A stretch of DNA of 9,955 bases. Origin: Candidatus Wukongarchaeum yapensis (GTDB lineage Archaea; Asgardarchaeota; Wukongarchaeia; Wukongarchaeales; Wukongarchaeaceae). Shown here piece by piece: positions 6,376 through 9,955 of the stretch; the stretch's first letter is position 1; every line of letters starts with the position of its first letter. The translations under genes were made by a program, and so were the position numbers. The stretch lies in NCBI GenBank assembly GCA_016840425.1, contig JAEOSI010000066.1:1-9955 (forward strand), in the 5' to 3' direction. The notes beneath the pieces are model-generated. The model was not told the origin of the DNA. It ran no database searches and saw nothing but the letters and a program-made list of their open reading frames with translations.

Positions 6376-7803
6376 TCAAAGCCATGAAGGTTTTTTCACT
6401 AAAAATATTGAAAGATAATTTCTTAACTCATCATCTTTTTCTGTCAAGTACTTTACTATTTCTTCATTTTCAAGGATTGTAAAACCTTTTTTTAAAGCTT
6501 GTCGAAAATAGGAACCTAAACCTAAGCTATCTATATTTTCCGTTAGAAGGTGTTGCATAAAGGAAATAACATCGGTAAATTCTCGTTCCAACTCGACAAA
6601 CCATCGTTTTTCTCCAATATAAGGCCCTGCTAACACCTTACTTGAGCCTAAATGTTTTTTCAAAAAATTTATCTCCGCCTCTATCGATACGGGAGGACCT
6701 TTGTGCTTTAAAACAGCAGAGATTTCTCGATGAGTTACCTCAAAAAGTAGAAAAACCAGACCAGCCTCATCAGACCAAGGCAAGGACCCGATTATTTGAA
6801 ACCCTGTCTCTTCAATAGCTTCTACTATGGCGCGTTCTGACCGATAAATTTGGCCCCAAAGGATGTCAGGCGCCACTTCCAGTCCTTTGAAAACTAAGGC
6901 GAAAAAGAAGGTTTTTCTCTGCTTCATAAGGGATAATAACTCTCCATCAGAGAGGGAAAGCGGGGGATTTAAGGGATAGAAGAAGTTTTCCGAAGGATGT
7001 TTTAAGAACATTTTAGCGGCAGCCCTGAAAATGTCAAGTTTCTCTAAAGTTAAAGCGGAGGCTACATTCCTTCCGCGATCTACAGGGTCTACGAAAATCA
7101 AAGGCTCATCATTAAACAAATCAAGGGGAACCTTTAGATATTCATAAAAATTTATCAATTGAAGAACAGTTTTCCCGGGCTTCCAATTAATCGCGTTTTT
7201 ACAGACATTTATAAAAGAATCGTAATAAAGGACTAAAAGCTCGGTTAAATAACCGGAAAACCCACCGACTCTTAGTTCTGCTCCGTAAACCCCTATGCCT
7301 TTCATGAAAGCTTTCAAAAGCCTTATCTCCCTCCTCAGATCATCATTCAACCTCGATAAAAGAAACTCGGTATGAAGGGGGGTTCTATCTACAGCGGAAA
7401 GTCGATCTTCAATCCTCTCTATCTTAAAACAGGGAACGATCTCAACCCTATAACCTTCAAAAATAACTTCACCAAAAGGATGTTCAGAATACCTTTCCCT
7501 CCACTCATCCTTAAAAATTTCCTGGCAAATCGCGACAACCCTCTCAAGGTCTGAACGATCTCCTAACGGAAGGAGTATAAAAATATCTATATCCATATCT
7601 CCTCGAAGCCATGTATCATGCCTCATAGATCCCTCTAAACGTATCTCTCCCTCTAAACCAGCATCCCTAAAAGCCTTTTCTAAGACAGATTTAACCCGCT
7701 CAAAAACACTCATAGCCCGCTCTTTTTCAAGGTTTGTAGGAACTATCTGGGGCAAAAATTTGAGGATAACCTTTTCATATATCGACTCATCAAAGTTTTT
7801 CAT
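6376..7803 (-). CDS. cca: Archaeal class I CCA-adding enzyme (tRNA nucleotidyltransferase)
   Basis: GSMRHDTWLRGDMDIDIFI catalytic motif, YSEHPF, SAVDRTPLHT, GGFSGYLTELL, VDPVDRGRNVASAL and HKGPP. Confidence 0.97.
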   Translation of the reverse strand: MKNFDESIYEKVILKFLPQIVPTNLEKERAMSVFERVKSVLEKAFRDAGLEGEIRLEGSMRHDTWLRGDMDIDIFILLPLGDRSDLERVVAICQEIFKDEWRERYSEHPFGEVIFEGYRVEIVPCFKIERIEDRLSAVDRTPLHTEFLLSRLNDDLRREIRLLKAFMKGIGVYGAELRVGGFSGYLTELLVLYYDSFINVCKNAINWKPGKTVLQLINFYEYLKVPLDLFNDEPLIFVDPVDRGRNVASALTLEKLDIFRAAAKMFLKHPSENFFYPLNPPLSLSDGELLSLMKQRKTFFFALVFKGLEVAPDILWGQIYRSERAIVEAIEETGFQIIGSLPWSDEAGLVFLLFEVTHREISAVLKHKGPPVSIEAEINFLKKHLGSSKVLAGPYIGEKRWFVELEREFTDVISFMQHLLTENIDSLGLGSYFRQALKKGFTILENEEIVKYLTEKDDELRNYLSIFLVKKPSWL

Positions 7804-7829
7804 GGGAAAAACACTAACCTCAAAACAAA

Positions 7830-8387
7830 CTAAACTTCCCTTAAAGTTTCATATATGGGACCCTTAGGGGTTAAGGTACTTTTTTTAAGTTTTAAAGATT
7901 CTATACGCTGGACGCCTATCTCCACATCTTTCATCCTCGATATCTGACCCGCTAACTCGTGAATGCCTTTTTTACCTTTAACACGTCCAATCGTTATGTG
8001 AGCTCTAAATCGCCTCTCTTCAGGTCTAAACCCTAACGCTTTGAGTTTTAAATTAAGCTGTGAATATAAAGCCTCAAGCTCCTCTTTTCCCTCCTCAATA
8101 CCCAACCAAACAACCCTAGGCCGATTCATATTTGGAAAACACCCAACGTTCGATATATGAATATCAAAGGGCTTAAAACCAACGTCTTTCATAACGTCAA
8201 AAATGGGGTCTATTTGGGCAGGCAAAATATCTTCTAAGAATTTAAGGGTGATATGGACGATTTTAGGATCAACCCACTTAACGGCTGCCTGTACACTCAT
8301 CAACTTCTTTTCCGCATCTTCTAACTTTTTAACTATCACCGGATCAGTGATCTCTACAGCGAGGAAAGCACGAATTTTATTTCTCAT
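7830..8387 (-). CDS. thpR: RNA 2',3'-cyclic phosphodiesterase / 2'-5' RNA ligase family (2H phosphoesterase, 185 aa)
   Basis: RAFLAVEI N-terminus; two HxT motifs (HITLKFL, HITIGR); FPNMNRPRVVWLG; SxLTPKGPIYE. Start moved from 8402 to 8387 because GTGGTG lies 7 nt upstream. Confidence 0.95.
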   Translation of the reverse strand: MRNKIRAFLAVEITDPVIVKKLEDAEKKLMSVQAAVKWVDPKIVHITLKFLEDILPAQIDPIFDVMKDVGFKPFDIHISNVGCFPNMNRPRVVWLGIEEGKEELEALYSQLNLKLKALGFRPEERRFRAHITIGRVKGKKGIHELAGQISRMKDVEIGVQRIESLKLKKSTLTPKGPIYETLREV

Positions 8388-8594
8388 AAGAAAACACCAC
8401 ATTAAACCACAATCATTTCAAACTATTCTTTTATTAATCAAAGGATTTTAACTGTGTTTTTTAAGTGCTGTTAAATTTTGTTTTCATTCTTTTTTTATAG
8501 TTTTGTTAAAAAAATTTTATTAAAGTGCGGGGGATCTATAATTGATAATATTTTTTAAACAAAAAGAAACAAAAACATTTTTGGTGATCTCAGT

Positions 8595-9725
8595 TTGTCA
8601 CACGATGTTAGCAAGCTCAGACATGTACCTGTTAGAGAGGAGAAAAAGGGAATTAAGGTCGCAAAGCTTGTCAAGTTAAAACCTTCGGGTTACCCTTTGC
8701 GCGCCTTGGGAGATGAAAAGGAGCAAATATTAGAAACGGATAACCCTGAACTGTTCCAAGCCTATGCCCGAGAACAGTGGGGAGGACTTGCTTTAAAGGA
8801 GGGAGATTTTGTTTTCGACAGCTTTCTTTATCCTGATTACGCCTTTCAAGTGGTTAGAGTGGCGCCTGGCGGTGAAGGGCGCATCAGTCCGATCACAAAG
8901 ATTCAATTAGACCTTTCTTCGGTGCGTAAATCTGAAATAACTAAACGCTATAAGCGAAATATTTCCCTATTAGATGTCATAGGGCAAGAACAAGCAAAAA
9001 AGAAAAGCAAGATCATTTTGCATTATTTGAAAGACTCAGACCATTTTGGTGAATGGGCGCCGCGAAACGTGTTATTCTACGGACCGCCTGGGACAGGTAA
9101 AACAATGCTCTCAATGGCTTTAGCCGCCGAGGCAAGAGTCCCCATATACCTTAACAAAGCTACGGATTTACTGGGACATTGTGTAGGGGATGGTGCTCGC
9201 AGGATCCATAAACTATACGATGATGCCAGAAGAAATGCACCTTGCATCGTTTTCATTGATGAGTTTGACGCAATAGGCTTAGATAGACAATATCAAAATA
9301 TTAGGGGCGATGTTACAGAGATAGTTAATGCTTTGCTTTCAGAGCTCGACGGGATAGAGGAGAACTTGGGGGTAGTAACTATTTGTGTGACCAACGCTCC
9401 TGCCCTCCTCGACGAAGCATTAAAGAGTAGGTTTGAGGAAGAAGTTCGTTTCACCCTTCCCACCGAAAAGGAAAGGCTTGAGATCTTGAACCACTATGTG
9501 CAAAAACTTCCCTTAAAAGTAAAAGCAGACCTAGAAAAGCTTGCGACACTTACTGAAGGTTCCAGTGGAAGAGACTTGAAAGAAAGAATTCTTAAAAACG
9601 CCTTATATGAAGCTATCCTTGACGGTAAAAAAATAATCAGAGAAGAAATGCTGTTAAAACATCTAGATGTAATAAACATTCAAAAAAGAGAACAAGATAA
9701 AAAAGCTTCAAGAATCTTTAGTTAA
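8595..9725 (+). CDS. AAA+ ATPase of the archaeal COG1223 type (MJ1494/PRS2-like), single ATPase module with an N-terminal domain
   Basis: TTG start with SD GGTGAT at 8583-8588; FGEWAPRNVLFYGPPGTGKT Walker A (starting at 9081); IVFIDEFDAIGLDRQYQNIRGDVTEIVNALLSELDG; SRH TNAPALLDEALKSRFEEE; N-terminal LKPSGYPL...YAREQW motifs that I recognise from this family. Confidence 0.85.
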   Translation: MSHDVSKLRHVPVREEKKGIKVAKLVKLKPSGYPLRALGDEKEQILETDNPELFQAYAREQWGGLALKEGDFVFDSFLYPDYAFQVVRVAPGGEGRISPITKIQLDLSSVRKSEITKRYKRNISLLDVIGQEQAKKKSKIILHYLKDSDHFGEWAPRNVLFYGPPGTGKTMLSMALAAEARVPIYLNKATDLLGHCVGDGARRIHKLYDDARRNAPCIVFIDEFDAIGLDRQYQNIRGDVTEIVNALLSELDGIEENLGVVTICVTNAPALLDEALKSRFEEEVRFTLPTEKERLEILNHYVQKLPLKVKADLEKLATLTEGSSGRDLKERILKNALYEAILDGKKIIREEMLLKHLDVINIQKREQDKKASRIFS

Positions 9726-9797
9726 TATATAGAATTATTGTTTTATTAAATTAGTCCTTTCTCTACTAAATAAATAAAACGAAGAAAGTGCCTCATT

Positions 9798-9955
9798 ATG
9801 AGAAACGATGACGAAAAGGAGTGGGGGAAGGATAAGATTGTGATAGCTTTGATCGGTATGCCTGGTTCTGGAAAAACTGAGGCTTCTGAAGTGGTTTCTA
9901 AGGAAACAGGGGCTTCTACAGTGGTCATGGGGGATATAATCCGCGAAGAAACATT
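9798..9955 (+). CDS. UPF0200 / CoaE-like P-loop kinase, 3'-truncated by the window edge
   Basis: Manual translation: MRNDDEKEWGKDKIVIALIGMPGSGKTEASEVVSKETGASTVVMGDIIREET. GMPGSGK and MGDxIREE are characteristic of the archaeal UPF0200 family. The start is uncertain: ATG 9798, or GTG 9840 behind a G-rich SD-like tract. Confidence 0.82.
   Translation, partial: MRNDDEKEWGKDKIVIALIGMPGSGKTEASEVVSKETGASTVVMGDIIREET

Noticed and set aside
9559-9570. GTTCCAGTGGAA, a match to the ORB origin-recognition core
   Set aside because: It is a single copy inside the AAA+ coding sequence, encoding the constrained G-x-S-G-R-D motif. There is no G-string, second ORB or adjacent AT-rich unwinding element, and it is about 4 kb from cdc6.
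5788-9928. ORFs 5788-6330, 5880-6083, 7372-7554, 8203-8451, 9494-9679 and 9746-9928
   Set aside because: All lie antisense to well-supported genes (CBS, cca, thpR, AAA+, kinase).
1-9955. tRNA, rRNA, CRISPR arrays, IS elements and defence systems
   Set aside because: No cloverleaf or T-loop signature, regularly spaced repeats, transposase or integrase motifs, or terminal inverted repeats were seen; all intergenic gaps are under 210 bp.

Overview
Low-GC archaeal chromosomal window. The DnaK indels, the Orc1-2-like Cdc6, the class I CCA enzyme and the TATA/BRE promoters point to a TACK/Asgard-like lineage, but the taxon cannot be fixed from this window. Left to right it contains: a 3'-truncated dnaK (minus strand, missed by the ORF track) preceded by hsp20 with no grpE between them; a divergently transcribed, uncharacterised winged-helix regulator; a stand-alone AmmeMemoRadiSam-type radical SAM enzyme; a small membrane protein with a single beta-propeller-type repeat; a minus-strand run of thpR, cca, a CBS/Zn-finger protein and orc1/cdc6; and, divergent from that run, a COG1223-type AAA+ ATPase plus the start of a UPF0200/CoaE-like P-loop kinase. 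I found no RNA genes, mobile elements, CRISPR arrays or convincing replication origin. The best leads are a candidate archaeal heat-shock control module (wHTH regulator, symmetric back-to-back promoter with a central inverted repeat, hsp20-dnaK) and the one-blade membrane-anchored propeller protein.
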